Assembly: GCA_937894515.1 (NCBI GenBank)
Contig: CALCRH010000259.1
Coordinates: 4,624-68,623, forward strand
Reading direction: 5' to 3'
DNA: 64,000 nucleotides
Source: an uncultured Clostridia bacterium
GTDB taxonomy: Bacteria > Bacillota > Clostridia > Oscillospirales > Oscillospiraceae
Shown: positions 18,889-30,868 of the stretch, one piece after another
Layout: every line of letters starts with the position of its first letter
How positions within the stretch are numbered: position 1 is the stretch's first letter
Notes under the pieces: model-generated
The model's database searches: none
Told to the model about the DNA's origin: nothing
The model's input: the letters and a program-made list of their open reading frames with translations, nothing else
Made by a program: the position numbers and the translations under genes

Positions 18889-20236
18889 TTATTTTTTCCA
18901 GTTCCTTTACAATTTTTCCAAACTCCATGGCATGGGATGCCTTCACCAACACCGCCGTACCTTCGGAAAAGGCAAAACGAATGGCGGGCAAAGCTTCTTC
19001 AATGGTGGCAAACCACGCCGCAGAGGGGTTGGTCTCAATAATGGCTTTTGCCTTTGTGCCGATGGCGATCACCGCGTCCAGCTTCAAGAACTTTGTCAGT
19101 TCACCCAGCTCCCGGTGAGCCTTCTCCGTCAGATCACCCAGCTCGCCCATATCGCCCAATACCGCCACACGGCGTTTTACATCAGTCTGCGCCAAAATCT
19201 TCAATGCTTCTGCCATAGCCTGCGGATTGGCATTGTAGCAGTCGTCAATAATGATGCGCTCTCCGCTTTTGTGGATAATGTGCATCCGGCTGCCCACCGG
19301 CACATAGGAAGCGATGCCCTGCACAATTTCCTCTTTCGACAGTCCCAGCTTCTCCCCGATGGCGATAGCCATAGAGGCGGGGTAGATCATATACGCCCCG
19401 GGACTGGGAATGGTCAGGTCGTACACATCCCGGGGTGTGGTGACGGTACAGGTAATGCCACGGATACCGTTTTCGCAGACGTTGCTGACGCGGACATCGC
19501 AGTTTTCACCCAGGCCGCACAGGATAGTCTCAAAGGGCAGTTCCAATTTACGCAGCAGTGCATCGTCCCCGTTGAGGACGGCAGTGCCATCCTTTTGCAG
19601 GTTCTCAAAAATCTCGCTCTTGGCTTTCAGCGTCCCCAGTCGGGTACCACCCAGATTTTCAATGTGGGCGTCTCCCACGTTGGTGATCACTGCAAAATCG
19701 GGCCGCACCATTTCACCCAGATAGCGGATCTCGCCGAAGTGGTTCATGCCGGTCTCGATCACTGCCGCCTCGTGTTCCGGCATCAGGCGCAGCAGCATCT
19801 GCGGCGTACCCACATGGTTGTTGAAGTTTGCCTCGGTACGCAGCGTATGGAACTTTTGCGCCAGCACGCAGGCGATCATCTCCTTGGTGGTGGTCTTGCC
19901 GGCGCTGCCGGTGACCTGTACCATGGGGATCTCAAATATGCCGCGATACCAGGATGCCAAAGCTTTCAGCGCCAGGAGAGTATCCGCTACCTGAATATAA
20001 AACTTACCGGGCAGCAGCGTTTTCGGTTTTTTTGCCGTCAGACAGCCCTCTGCACCGCCCAGCAGGGCGTTGTTCAGATAGGTATGGCCGTCAAATTTTT
20101 CACCCACCAGGGGGATAAACATCTGCCCTGCCGACACGCTGCGGCTGTCGGTAGAAACACCGATCACCGCGTTACCGTCCTGTAATAGCGTACCGCCAAC
20201 AGCAGCACATACCTCTTTGGCTGTACAGGAAATCAT
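18881..20236 (-). CDS. murF: UDP-MurNAc-tripeptide--D-Ala-D-Ala ligase
   Basis: STDSR, GEKFDGH, TGSAGKTTTKE, NFNNHVG, DDCYNANP, LGDMGELG, VKAS; start ATG 20236. Confidence 0.95.
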   Translation of the reverse strand: MISCTAKEVCAAVGGTLLQDGNAVIGVSTDSRSVSAGQMFIPLVGEKFDGHTYLNNALLGGAEGCLTAKKPKTLLPGKFYIQVADTLLALKALASWYRGIFEIPMVQVTGSAGKTTTKEMIACVLAQKFHTLRTEANFNNHVGTPQMLLRLMPEHEAAVIETGMNHFGEIRYLGEMVRPDFAVITNVGDAHIENLGGTRLGTLKAKSEIFENLQKDGTAVLNGDDALLRKLELPFETILCGLGENCDVRVSNVCENGIRGITCTVTTPRDVYDLTIPSPGAYMIYPASMAIAIGEKLGLSKEEIVQGIASYVPVGSRMHIIHKSGERIIIDDCYNANPQAMAEALKILAQTDVKRRVAVLGDMGELGDLTEKAHRELGELTKFLKLDAVIAIGTKAKAIIETNPSAAWFATIEEALPAIRFAFSEGTAVLVKASHAMEFGKIVKELEKISD

Positions 20237-21294
20237 TTCCGCTCCGCCTTTCTTGCTTCCAAAGAATCCATCACGATCTTTTCGCACAGGTCGGCATAGC
20301 TCAATCCGATACATGCCGCCTCCTGCGGCACCAGACTGGTAGGTGTCATACCCGGCAGCGTATTGACCTCCAGGCACCAGGCCTTTCCCTGGGCATCCAG
20401 AATAAAGTCGCTGCGGGAATAGACAGCCAGTCCCAGCGCCTTGTGGAGCTTTACAGCCATATCACCGATCTGCTTCCACTCCGCCTCGGTAATCGGCGCC
20501 GGGCAGAGTTCCGTGGCGCCGCCTGCCTGATACTTGCACTGATAATCAAAATATTCGCCCTTGGGAATGATCTCCACCGCCGGCAGATAGGTATCACCCA
20601 ATACGCCGATGTTGATCTCTCGCCCCATGATCTTCTTTTCCACCACCACGTGGTTGCCCATCTTCAGCATGTGCTGCAAAGCTGCTTCCAGTTGTTCCTT
20701 GGTATCGGGCAGTTCCACGCCGATAGAGCTGCCGCCATCCACGATTTTCACCGCGCAGGGTACTTCCAGCTCCTCCACCAGTTGGGGGATATCTGCCTCG
20801 CTGTACCATACATCCCGCCAGGGTGCGGTGCGGATGCCCTCGGCATCCATAAAGCGCTTCGTCACCGCCTTATCCATGGCCATGGCAGCACCCAGATAGC
20901 CGCTGCCGGTATAAGGTACACCCATCAGATCCAACGCCGCCTGGATTCGGCCGTCCTCTCCGTTTTTTCCGTGCATGGCGATAAACACGATGTCCGCCAT
21001 GGCACATACGGCCAAAACGTCCTTCCCGATAACGGACGGACTCTGGTCTTTCCGGCTGGCCCGTACTGCCGCCAGATCCGGGGCGATACTGCCCACATGG
21101 TTCTCCGGACACAGGCCGTCCGGCGCGTCAAAGATATCCGCCAGTTCGCCGGTATAGTTTTCCAAACCCAGGAACATATCCACAAAGATGGCCTGATGCC
21201 CCTTTTCCCGCAGCGCACGGCAGATCCCGCTGCCGCTGGTCAGACCCACATTGCGCTCGGTATTGAAGCCGCCCGCCAAAACCACGATTTTCAT
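20233..21294 (-). CDS. ddl: D-alanine--D-alanine ligase
   Basis: GG..TER, HGKNGEDG, GSSIGV, FDYQCKY, LEVNTLPGMT. Confidence 0.95.
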   Translation of the reverse strand: MKIVVLAGGFNTERNVGLTSGSGICRALREKGHQAIFVDMFLGLENYTGELADIFDAPDGLCPENHVGSIAPDLAAVRASRKDQSPSVIGKDVLAVCAMADIVFIAMHGKNGEDGRIQAALDLMGVPYTGSGYLGAAMAMDKAVTKRFMDAEGIRTAPWRDVWYSEADIPQLVEELEVPCAVKIVDGGSSIGVELPDTKEQLEAALQHMLKMGNHVVVEKKIMGREINIGVLGDTYLPAVEIIPKGEYFDYQCKYQAGGATELCPAPITEAEWKQIGDMAVKLHKALGLAVYSRSDFILDAQGKAWCLEVNTLPGMTPTSLVPQEAACIGLSYADLCEKIVMDSLEARKAERK

Positions 21295-21431
21295 AAAATT
21301 CCCTCTTTTCTGAAAAAAAGAAAATACAAATAATCTACCTATTTTATCAGCATTGTATTATAGCACGATCCTATGCCAATTACAACCAAAAGAAAACCGC
21401 TGTTTCTGCAGAAACAGCGGTTTAATATTTC

Positions 21432-22586
21432 TTATTGCAGCCAACCCGGCCGTGAGTGCTTATACACGCTGGATACCATGCCTACGGACATATACAGAGC
21501 CAGCACCGAGGAGCCGCCATAGGAGAAAAAGGGCAGAGTCAGGCCGATGACCGGCAGTACAAACAGGCACATACCCACGTTGGCCACCATCTGGAACAAA
21601 AGCATGCCGGCCACACCGATGCAGGTCATCTTCTCCATACAGCTTCTGGCATGCTTTGCTGTAACGGCACAACGCACAATAATTGCCGTCAGAAGCAAAA
21701 GCACCGCTATGCAGCCCAGCATTCCCAGTTCCTCGCCTACCACGGAAAAGATGAAGTCCGTACGTCTGTTGGGTAAGCTGGCGCTCAGACTGCTCTGGGT
21801 CTGCAGACCATGAAACAGACCCTGCCCCGTCAGCTTTCCGCCACCCAGAGCCAGCAGGCTGCGGGTCTGCTGCCAACCGGTATCTAGCGCATCATAGCTG
21901 TGGTCAAATAGCACAATAAACCGTTTCATCATGTACGTTGGGATCTTCTCCAGCTCCCATAGGAGGTAGAACGCGATCCCGCCGCCCAGCAGTCCCAGAA
22001 TAAACCACCGCAGAGCCACTCCCGCCACGAAACAGACGGCGACAAAGATGAAGAGGAATACCAGGCAGCTGCCCATATCCGAGGAAATGATATAATAGGG
22101 GCCAAAGAGCAGCATGAGGTTTGCCCCGAGAAACAGGATGGCCTTAACGGATTTCAGATCATTTTTCTCTTCTTTCAGCCATTCCAGCTGTTTGGCAAGA
22201 ACCAGAATAAACGTCAGCTTTACAAATTCCGCCGGCTGAACACTCACCGGTAAAAACGGGAATTTCAGCCAGGCCCGGTTTCCCGTATCATCTGCCACGC
22301 CAAATGGTGTTACCAGCAGGCAGATAAATACCAGATTAAAAAGGAGCATCCACTTCCAGCCTTTTTTGGTAATCTCCGCCAGATCCAGCATGGAGACCAG
22401 AATATACATAAAAATACCCAGTATCGTGGCAACACCCTGGATCAGCACATAGCGCCAGGTATCCAGATAGTGGGTAGCACTGGCGATCATCAGCAGGCCA
22501 AAGCCGGAGGCGATAACGCAGAGGAAAAGCAGCACCATATCACATTGCCGAAGCACATCGGTAATAGCATCTTTGATCCGCTGCAC
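21432..22586 (-). CDS. SEDS family peptidoglycan polymerase (RodA/FtsW)
   Basis: QPAEFVK, DMGS, GWQQ, TDFIFSVVGEELG, GLTLPFFSYGGSS. Confidence 0.92.
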   Translation of the reverse strand: MQRIKDAITDVLRQCDMVLLFLCVIASGFGLLMIASATHYLDTWRYVLIQGVATILGIFMYILVSMLDLAEITKKGWKWMLLFNLVFICLLVTPFGVADDTGNRAWLKFPFLPVSVQPAEFVKLTFILVLAKQLEWLKEEKNDLKSVKAILFLGANLMLLFGPYYIISSDMGSCLVFLFIFVAVCFVAGVALRWFILGLLGGGIAFYLLWELEKIPTYMMKRFIVLFDHSYDALDTGWQQTRSLLALGGGKLTGQGLFHGLQTQSSLSASLPNRRTDFIFSVVGEELGMLGCIAVLLLLTAIIVRCAVTAKHARSCMEKMTCIGVAGMLLFQMVANVGMCLFVLPVIGLTLPFFSYGGSSVLALYMSVGMVSSVYKHSRPGWLQ

Positions 22587-22722
22587 CGTATTCTCGCCTC
22601 CTTTGTAAAAATCTTTTTATAGTTTACCACAAGAAGTTCCCGGTGTAAACCAATCTCCCCTTTTCTTTTCCTCTTTTCTGTGCTACAATGGGAAAAATTA
22701 TGGCGAAACGAGGTGAGGTGTC

Positions 22723-23148
22723 TTGGTCTGCCTGTCCCATTCAGCAGAAGAAACGGAAGCAATTGGCGAAATGCTTGGAAAAAAACTGCCCGGCGGCGCT
22801 GTTGTTGCCTACCGGGGTGGTCTCGGTATGGGCAAAACCGCATTCACCCGAGGGCTCGCCCGCGGTCTGGGATGCCGGGGACGCGTCACCAGTCCCACAT
22901 TCACTATCGTCAATGAATACAGCGGCAAAACGCCTCTGTTCCACTTTGATATGTACCGACTGGACAGCAGTGATGCCCTGTTCGACATTGGTTGGGAGGA
23001 TTATCTGGAGCGAAATGGCGTCTGTGCAGTAGAATGGAGCGAAAACGTGGCCGATGCACTGCCGGAAGATACCATTTATGTGACCATCGCGCGAGGTCCC
23101 GGCGAAACGGACCGCATTATCACGATCGAAGGGAGTGTTTCCCTGTGA
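22723..23148 (+). CDS. tsaE: tRNA t6A biosynthesis ATPase TsaE
   Basis: GGLGMGKT, VTSPTFTIVNEY, HFDMYRL, VEW. Confidence 0.95.
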   Translation: MVCLSHSAEETEAIGEMLGKKLPGGAVVAYRGGLGMGKTAFTRGLARGLGCRGRVTSPTFTIVNEYSGKTPLFHFDMYRLDSSDALFDIGWEDYLERNGVCAVEWSENVADALPEDTIYVTIARGPGETDRIITIEGSVSL

Positions 23149-23858
23149 AAATTCTGTCTTTGGAAACCTCGGCAAAGGCCGTATCTGTTGCTGTCGTGGA
23201 AGATGGCTGTATTCTCGCCTCTGCCTATCAGAACGTGGGGCTGACCCACAGCGTTACGCTGATGCCGCTTTTGGACAGCATGTTGAAAAATGCAGGACTT
23301 TCTCTTGGCGATATGGGGTGCATTGCCGTGGCCAACGGTCCGGGCAGCTTTACAGGCCTTCGCATCGGTGTCAGCGCCGCCAAGGGCCTTGCTTGGGCTC
23401 AGGAGCTTCCCTGCTGCGGTGTTTCTACCCTGGAAGCTATGGCGCAAAATCAGCGAGATTTTAATGGCCTTGTCATTTGTGCCATGGACGCTCGGCGCAA
23501 TCAAATCTATAACGCCCTCTTTGACGCAAAGGATGGTGTCCTGACCCGGCTGTGTCCGGATCGAGCCATTGGATTGGAGGAGGTCGCCGCAGAATTAAAA
23601 AATTGTCAGAAAAATAAAATTATTGTTGGCGATGGCGCCAAATTGTGCTATACTTATCTGTTAGAACAGGGCATTGATTGTCGTGTGGCACAAGGCGGCA
23701 GCGTCATGCAAAACGCCATGGGCGTTGGGCTTGTCGCCTGCGAAATGGCCGCCCGAGATGCGTTCATATCCCCCAGCGATCTGGTTCCGGTCTATCTTCG
23801 GCTCTCTCAGGCAGAGCGGGAACGCCTTGCCAAGGGTCTGCCCATTACATTGAATTAA
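23145..23858 (+). CDS. tsaB: tRNA t6A biosynthesis protein TsaB
   Basis: GTG start 23145; ILSLETS, GPGSFTGLRIG, DARRNQIY, PVYLR. Confidence 0.95.
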   Translation: MKILSLETSAKAVSVAVVEDGCILASAYQNVGLTHSVTLMPLLDSMLKNAGLSLGDMGCIAVANGPGSFTGLRIGVSAAKGLAWAQELPCCGVSTLEAMAQNQRDFNGLVICAMDARRNQIYNALFDAKDGVLTRLCPDRAIGLEEVAAELKNCQKNKIIVGDGAKLCYTYLLEQGIDCRVAQGGSVMQNAMGVGLVACEMAARDAFISPSDLVPVYLRLSQAERERLAKGLPITLN

Positions 23859-23885
23859 CAACTTTTATATACGGAGGAAATTATT

Positions 23886-24527
23886 ATGAGCGAAAAGTAT
23901 CCTACCCTGCATGTTGTGGATCATCCCCTGGTTCAGCACAAGCTGAGCATCATGCGTGATAAGAACACCAGCGTCAAGGAGTTTCGTGCTTTGGTCGGCG
24001 AAATCGCCATGCTGCTGACCTATGAGGCAACCCGTGACCTGCCTCTGACCACTACCCATATCGAGACCCCCCTGTGCCCCATGGAGGCACCCACCCTTGC
24101 CGGTAAGAAAATGGCTATTGTTCCCATCCTCCGTGCCGGTCTGGGCTTTGAAGACGGTATTTTGACCCTGATGCCCTCTGCCCGTGTGGCACATATTGGT
24201 ATGTACCGCGATGAAGAGACCCTGGAGCCCCACTTCTATTTCCTGAAGTACCCCAAAGACATTGCCGATCGCAATGTTCTGGTGGTGGATCCCATGCTGG
24301 CCACCGGCGGCAGCGCTGATATGGCCATTACCAAGATGAAGGAGCTGGGCTGCAAGAGCATCAAGCTGATGATCCTGGTTGCCGCTCCCGAGGGTGTGGA
24401 GCTCATTGCCAAGAAGCACCCCGATGTGCAGATCTATTGTGCCGCTCTGGACGAACACCTGAACGAAAACGGCTACATTGTTCCCGGTCTGGGAGACGCC
24501 GGCGACCGTATCTTCGGCACCAAGTAA
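23886..24527 (+). CDS. upp: Uracil phosphoribosyltransferase
   Basis: [37 protein letters not shown]. Confidence 0.97.
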   Translation: MSEKYPTLHVVDHPLVQHKLSIMRDKNTSVKEFRALVGEIAMLLTYEATRDLPLTTTHIETPLCPMEAPTLAGKKMAIVPILRAGLGFEDGILTLMPSARVAHIGMYRDEETLEPHFYFLKYPKDIADRNVLVVDPMLATGGSADMAITKMKELGCKSIKLMILVAAPEGVELIAKKHPDVQIYCAALDEHLNENGYIVPGLGDAGDRIFGTK

Positions 24528-24540
24528 TCCCCACAAAACC

Positions 24541-24573
24541 AAAAGCAGATGCCTTACGGCATCTGCTTTTTTT
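24541..24573. terminator. Bidirectional terminator between upp and atpC
   Basis: AAAAGCAGATGCC-TTAC-GGCATCTGCTTTT. Confidence 0.8.
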
Positions 24574-24844
24574 ACTCTTCCAATCGTTTTGCACTGCGCA
24601 CCAGAATTCTGATTTCATTGTGTGTAATGTTGACCACGCCGATTCCCACGGTGTATTTCTCTCCACCGTTCTCGTTCCGAATCTTCACGGTGCCCTCTGT
24701 CACCGCGCCGATCAGCGGGGCATGGTTAGCCAGCACACCGACAGGGCCGTTCTCCAGCGGGATCTCCACATAGGACGTCATCGCATCGCAGACGGTTTCG
24801 CTCGCTGTAACGATCTGTATATGGATCAGCTCTTTCATAGGCAC
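24572..24844 (-). CDS. atpC: ATP synthase epsilon, N-terminal beta domain only (90 aa)
   Basis: IVT, GPVGVLANHAPLI; last gene of atp operon. Confidence 0.88.
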   Translation of the reverse strand: MPMKELIHIQIVTASETVCDAMTSYVEIPLENGPVGVLANHAPLIGAVTEGTVKIRNENGGEKYTVGIGVVNITHNEIRILVRSAKRLEE

Positions 24845-24847
24845 TCC

Positions 24848-26236
<1,389 letters not shown>

Positions 26237-26241
26237 CTACG

Positions 26242-27111
26242 TTAATTGTTCGCCGTTTGCAGGGCGCTTGCACCACCAACGATCTCAGCGATCTCGGTGG
26301 TGATCGCGGCCTGACGGACGCGGTTGAGCTGGAGACTCAAGTCGTCGATCAGCTCCGTGGTGGCATCGGTGGCGGTACTCATGGCCGTCATGCGGGCAGC
26401 CTGCTCGCCGACCTTTGCCTCCAAAAGAATCGAATATATGGTGTTGTTCAAATAAAGCTGCATCAGATTTTCCAGCAGGCTTTCGCCGTCCGGCTCGAAA
26501 ATGTAATCATTTTCCGTCTCGCGCTGCTTGACCTCCGCCTTGGCAGGCAGAAGCTGGAGTGTGGCGGGGATCTGCTGTAAAACAGATTGATAGTGCTGAT
26601 AGATGAGATGGATCTCGTCCACCTCTTCGTTCAGGTATTTCTCCTTCAGATAGTCGGGCAGGCTCAGGGAATCGTCCAGAGTCGGCGTATCGCTCATATC
26701 GGCAAAAGTGCATTCCACTTCTAAGCCTTCATGGGCAATTACGTCACGTCCCCAGCGTCCGCAGACTACCAGAGAATAGGGTCGGGTCTCCGCTGCCAGC
26801 ACCTCTTGGGCATAGCGCACAATGGCGTGGTTATAGTTGCCGCAGAGGCCGCGGCTTCCCACGAACAGCACATAGCAGACCCGCCTGATCTCCTCACGGG
26901 GGACAAGGAACCGGTTGGTATAGACTTTACCATTGCCGGACAACAACTCATCCAGGATGGCTTGGCTTTGCTCGGCAAAATTCCGCACGCCTGCCAATCC
27001 GCTCTCGCTGCGGCGCAGCTTGGCCGCAGACACCATCTTCATGGCTTTTGTGATCTGCTGTGTACTCTTTACGCTCTTGATCCGTGCCCGGATCTCGCGC
27101 ATATTCGACAT
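26242..27111 (-). CDS. atpG: ATP synthase F1 gamma
   Basis: QITKAMKMVSAAK, RGLCG, RQAAITTEI. Confidence 0.97.
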   Translation of the reverse strand: MSNMREIRARIKSVKSTQQITKAMKMVSAAKLRRSESGLAGVRNFAEQSQAILDELLSGNGKVYTNRFLVPREEIRRVCYVLFVGSRGLCGNYNHAIVRYAQEVLAAETRPYSLVVCGRWGRDVIAHEGLEVECTFADMSDTPTLDDSLSLPDYLKEKYLNEEVDEIHLIYQHYQSVLQQIPATLQLLPAKAEVKQRETENDYIFEPDGESLLENLMQLYLNNTIYSILLEAKVGEQAARMTAMSTATDATTELIDDLSLQLNRVRQAAITTEIAEIVGGASALQTANN

Positions 27112-27148
27112 GATTCCCGCCCTCCTTTCCGGGATGGATCAATCGGGA

Positions 27149-29386
27149 TCAAAAGGTTTCCTTAAAGGTACGAATGGTACCGCGCAGCTCCTCCAGCATT
27201 TCTGCCGGAATCTTCTTGCGCTCACAAATGGTCTCCACCAGCTCCGGCATTTCGTGCTTGACGTATGCAACGACTTCGCTTTCAAACCGCGCCATATCGC
27301 CAAGTGCCACGTCATCGGCAAAACCCTCGTTGGCGGCAAAGATGGCAATGACCTGGTCCTCCACCGGCATGGCCGCATACTGCTTCTGCTTCAGCAGCTC
27401 CGTCATGCGCTCACCCCGCAGCAGCGTGGCCTGAGTTGCCTTATCCAGATCCGAGCCGAACTGGGCAAAGGACGCCAGTTCGCGGTACTGTGCCAAATCG
27501 GTACGCAGACGGCCTGCCACCTGCTTCATGGCGGGTACCTGTGCCGCACCACCCACACGGGATACGGACAAGCCCACGTTGATCGCCGGACGAATGCCGG
27601 AGTGGAACAAGCCGGTCTCCAGGAAGATCTGACCATCGGTAATGGAGATGACGTTGGTGGGGATATAGGCGGCGATATCGCCTGCCTGGGTTTCAATAAT
27701 GGGTAATGCGGTCATGCTGCCGCCGCCGGAAGCCTCGTCCAGACGCGCTGCGCGCTCCAAAAGACGGGAGTGCAGATAGAACACGTCGCCGGGATAGGCC
27801 TCACGTCCTGGCGGACGATGCAGCAGCAGAGAGATCTCACGATAAGCGGCGGCCTGCTTGGAAAGGTCATCGTACACGATCAGGACGTCCTTGCCCTGAT
27901 ACATGAAATATTCACCGATCGCTGCGCCGGCATAAGGTGCGATATACAGCATGGGAGCCGGCTCAGAGGCGTGGGCGCACACCACGGTGGTGTACTCCAT
28001 CGCGCCGCAGTCGGTCAGCTTCTTCACCACGTTGGCAACGGTAGACTCCTTCTGACCGATGGCCACATAGATGCACAGCACGTTCTTGCCCTTCTGGTTG
28101 ATGATGGCGTCCAGCGCGATGGCAGTCTTGCCGGTCTGGCGGTCACCGATGATCAGCTCGCGCTGACCGCGGCCGATGGGTACCAGCGCGTCAATCGCCT
28201 TGATACCGGTCTGCAAAGGCACATTAACGCCCTGACGGTGCAGGACACTGGGCGCCGGGCTTTCAATGGCACGATAACCATCGGCGCGGATGGTGCCTTT
28301 GCCGTCTACGGGACGACCCAATGCATCCACCACGCGGCCGCACATGGCGTTGCCAACCGGCACTTCGATAATGTGTCCGGTACGGCGGGCGCTGTCGCCC
28401 TCCTGCAGGTGGCCGTAGTCGCCCAGCAGAACAACACCCACGTTGTCCTTGTCCAGATCCATGACCATGCCGCGCAGGTCGCCTTCAAATGCCAGCATCT
28501 CACCGGCCATCACATCGGAAAGGCCGGACACACGGCAGATACCATCGCCCAGACTGATGACCTCACCGGTCTGATAAACATCAATGGCGCTGTCCACTTC
28601 TGCCAGATGCGCTTGGAGTTCCTCCATGACGGTTCTTTCTCCGCACGCAGTGTTCTCCGTCTGCTTTTGGGAAAGCTGCTCCAGGCGATGCGCCAGCGTA
28701 CCGTCGTAAACGGTATCCCCGATCCGCAGACGAACGCCGCCGATCAAATCGGCGTCTACTGCCGTAGAGATATCTGCGGCGGGAAAAATCTCCTGCAAAA
28801 ATGCAGTCAGTTCTTTTTTCTCAGCGGCACTCAGCGCCTCAGCAGAAGTCACAGTAACGTTTACCGCCTCGCCCGCATTCATAGCCAGCACATCGCTGGG
28901 CATAGCGGATACAAGCGCCTTGATTTCCTGAACAAACTGTTTGTTCAGCGCCTTACGCTTCTGGGCATAATGATCCTGCTTCAATGCCTCGCCGGTCTTT
29001 TCCACCACACGGTGCAGCAGTTCCTGTTCCACCTGCGTCTGCATGGTGTGGCGCAGTTGATTCTCAGTCAGAACGGCGTTTGCTTTCACGGCAGCAGCTT
29101 CTTCTTTTGCCAGTTTTTCCGTTGCAGCAGTGTCAACCTCTATCTGATGCTGGGTATCCAACAGCAGCACGTTTTCCCGTTCAAAAGCCACGCGCTGTGC
29201 CTTTTCCATTTCAACGGCAGCCTGTACAGCGATATCCTCTGCCTGATCCGCCGCTTTTAATTCCTCTGCAATTTGGTCCTTGCGTTCCTTCAGCATCCGC
29301 GCAACCATTTTACGCAGGATGAAACCCAGACCGCCGGCCAGTATGGCGAAGTTGATTACCGCGAATAAGAATTCTTTGAACGTCAT
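27149..29386 (-). CDS. atpF-atpH-atpA: Fused ATP synthase b-delta-alpha protein (745 aa)
   Basis: N-terminal b-like TM (INFAIL..IL..MLKERK) and coiled coil; delta C-terminal motif VTSA...[21 protein letters not shown]; full alpha ([18 protein letters not shown]). Confidence 0.92.
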   Translation of the reverse strand: MTFKEFLFAVINFAILAGGLGFILRKMVARMLKERKDQIAEELKAADQAEDIAVQAAVEMEKAQRVAFERENVLLLDTQHQIEVDTAATEKLAKEEAAAVKANAVLTENQLRHTMQTQVEQELLHRVVEKTGEALKQDHYAQKRKALNKQFVQEIKALVSAMPSDVLAMNAGEAVNVTVTSAEALSAAEKKELTAFLQEIFPAADISTAVDADLIGGVRLRIGDTVYDGTLAHRLEQLSQKQTENTACGERTVMEELQAHLAEVDSAIDVYQTGEVISLGDGICRVSGLSDVMAGEMLAFEGDLRGMVMDLDKDNVGVVLLGDYGHLQEGDSARRTGHIIEVPVGNAMCGRVVDALGRPVDGKGTIRADGYRAIESPAPSVLHRQGVNVPLQTGIKAIDALVPIGRGQRELIIGDRQTGKTAIALDAIINQKGKNVLCIYVAIGQKESTVANVVKKLTDCGAMEYTTVVCAHASEPAPMLYIAPYAGAAIGEYFMYQGKDVLIVYDDLSKQAAAYREISLLLHRPPGREAYPGDVFYLHSRLLERAARLDEASGGGSMTALPIIETQAGDIAAYIPTNVISITDGQIFLETGLFHSGIRPAINVGLSVSRVGGAAQVPAMKQVAGRLRTDLAQYRELASFAQFGSDLDKATQATLLRGERMTELLKQKQYAAMPVEDQVIAIFAANEGFADDVALGDMARFESEVVAYVKHEMPELVETICERKKIPAEMLEELRGTIRTFKETF

Positions 29387-29426
29387 ATCCGTTTCATCAC
29401 TCCTCTCTTCTCAGTTTCTTGGTCAT

Positions 29427-29861
29427 TTACTGCTTCTTTACAGCATTTTGCAAAAGCTGGTCAGCCAATGCATCGACCAGCTCAGGCATTTTCTTCTCTG
29501 CCTGCACCAAAGTATCCTCACGCTCCGTTTGGATATTGGAACGTGCTGCCTTTTCTGCCTCATGGGCATCGGCATGCGCCTGTGCTACCGTCTTGGCGCG
29601 TCCAGCCTCAGCCGCAGTCTTTGCCTGGGCAAGAAGATTTTTTGCCTCTTCGTTGCGAGTTTTCCAACTCTCCTCCAACGCAGCAGCATTCTTCTGCTTG
29701 CTCTCCTCAGCCTCCCGGTTTGCCGCCTTGCCGGCGTCAATCCTGGTTTGACGCTCGTCCATAAAGCTGATCAGCGGGCCAAAAAGAAATTTCTTCAAAA
29801 TGAACAGCAGCGCAAAAAAGCAAATGACCGTCCAGATTACTTCTGATACGTTAATGCTCAA
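29427..29861 (-). CDS. atpF: ATP synthase Fo subunit b
   Basis: WTVICFFALLFILKKFLFGPLISFMDERQ, Ala/Glu-rich coiled coil. Confidence 0.9.
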   Translation of the reverse strand: MSINVSEVIWTVICFFALLFILKKFLFGPLISFMDERQTRIDAGKAANREAEESKQKNAAALEESWKTRNEEAKNLLAQAKTAAEAGRAKTVAQAHADAHEAEKAARSNIQTEREDTLVQAEKKMPELVDALADQLLQNAVKKQ

Positions 29862-29898
29862 AGCGTGTGCCTCCTTTAATTCCTGTCTTATACGGAAA

Positions 29899-30129
29899 TT
29901 ACACCTTGGCGACCAGCATGAAAGCGATCAGCAGACCATAAATGGTCAGAGCTTCCATCAGTGCCATGGAGATGATCAGGCTGGAGCGGATGTCACCGGC
30001 ACATTCCGGCTGGCGGGCAATAGACTCCATTGCCTTGGTGGCGGTCTTACCCTGAGAAATAGCGGTAAAGGCGGCGCACACAGAGATTGCCAATGCGGCA
30101 GCTAATGCGATAATAGCGGATGCAGTCAT
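29899..30129 (-). CDS. atpE: ATP synthase Fo subunit c
   Basis: ARQPE loop, essential Glu in MEALTIY. Confidence 0.95.
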   Translation of the reverse strand: MTASAIIALAAALAISVCAAFTAISQGKTATKAMESIARQPECAGDIRSSLIISMALMEALTIYGLLIAFMLVAKV

Positions 30130-30178
30130 GTTTTTTTCCTCCTAAAAATTGTTTTGTTTATTTTAATGTTTTGCTTTT

Positions 30179-30868
30179 TTACTTTAATGCAGGGAGTTCT
30201 TCTTCGCCGATGGCTTCTTCCAGATAGATGGACAGCAGCATCGTAAAGACAACCGCCTGGAGCAGACAGAACAGCAGACTCATCACCTGCATCAAAAGGG
30301 GCAGGACAAGGGGCAGTATATGGGTAAGCTGCTCCGTGACCATTTCCTCGCCGTACAGGTTACCATACAAACGCAGAGCCAATGAGAAGGGCCGCGTGAT
30401 CTGTTCCAGCAGATTCAGCGGAAGCATCAGGGCAAATGGGGTCAAAAACGTTTTCAGATACCCCTTCACACCACGACTCTTCATTCCCACCATCTGCGTG
30501 GTCAAAAATGAGACCACACCAAGTCCCAGTGTTGTGGAAAGGCTGGCTGTCGGTACGGCAAATCCTTTTCCTGCACCGGGCAACAGGCCGGAGTAGTTAC
30601 TGACAATTATAAAGATGAAGAACGTTGCCATCACGGGGAAATAGCGCCGTGTGTTGCTCTCGCCCATATTCTCGGCGAAGAAATTCCGCATCTTGGTGAT
30701 AGCCATTTCCAACAGATTCTGCAACGGCCCCGGTACCTCTTTCAGGTTTCGTGTTGCAAGCCATGAAAACACGCCCAGCACCGCAATTATCACCCACATG
30801 GTGACCACTGCCCGCGTGACCTCCAACGGTCCGATCGAGAACAATACGTTTGTCGTCTCTTCCATCAT
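30179..30868 (-). CDS. atpB: ATP synthase Fo subunit a
   Basis: PGPLQNLLE, RPFSLALRLYGN, LQAVVFTML..IY. Confidence 0.95.
   Translation of the reverse strand: MMEETTNVLFSIGPLEVTRAVVTMWVIIAVLGVFSWLATRNLKEVPGPLQNLLEMAITKMRNFFAENMGESNTRRYFPVMATFFIFIIVSNYSGLLPGAGKGFAVPTASLSTTLGLGVVSFLTTQMVGMKSRGVKGYLKTFLTPFALMLPLNLLEQITRPFSLALRLYGNLYGEEMVTEQLTHILPLVLPLLMQVMSLLFCLLQAVVFTMLLSIYLEEAIGEEELPALK

Noticed and set aside
20233..21294. Van-type D-Ala-D-Lac ligase
   Set aside because: Omega-loop KY tyrosine is retained and the gene sits with murF, with no van genes nearby.
29899..30129. Na+-coupled ATP synthase
   Set aside because: Gln, Glu and Tyr are present but the ES/T signature reads EAL; H+ coupling is more likely, though untested.
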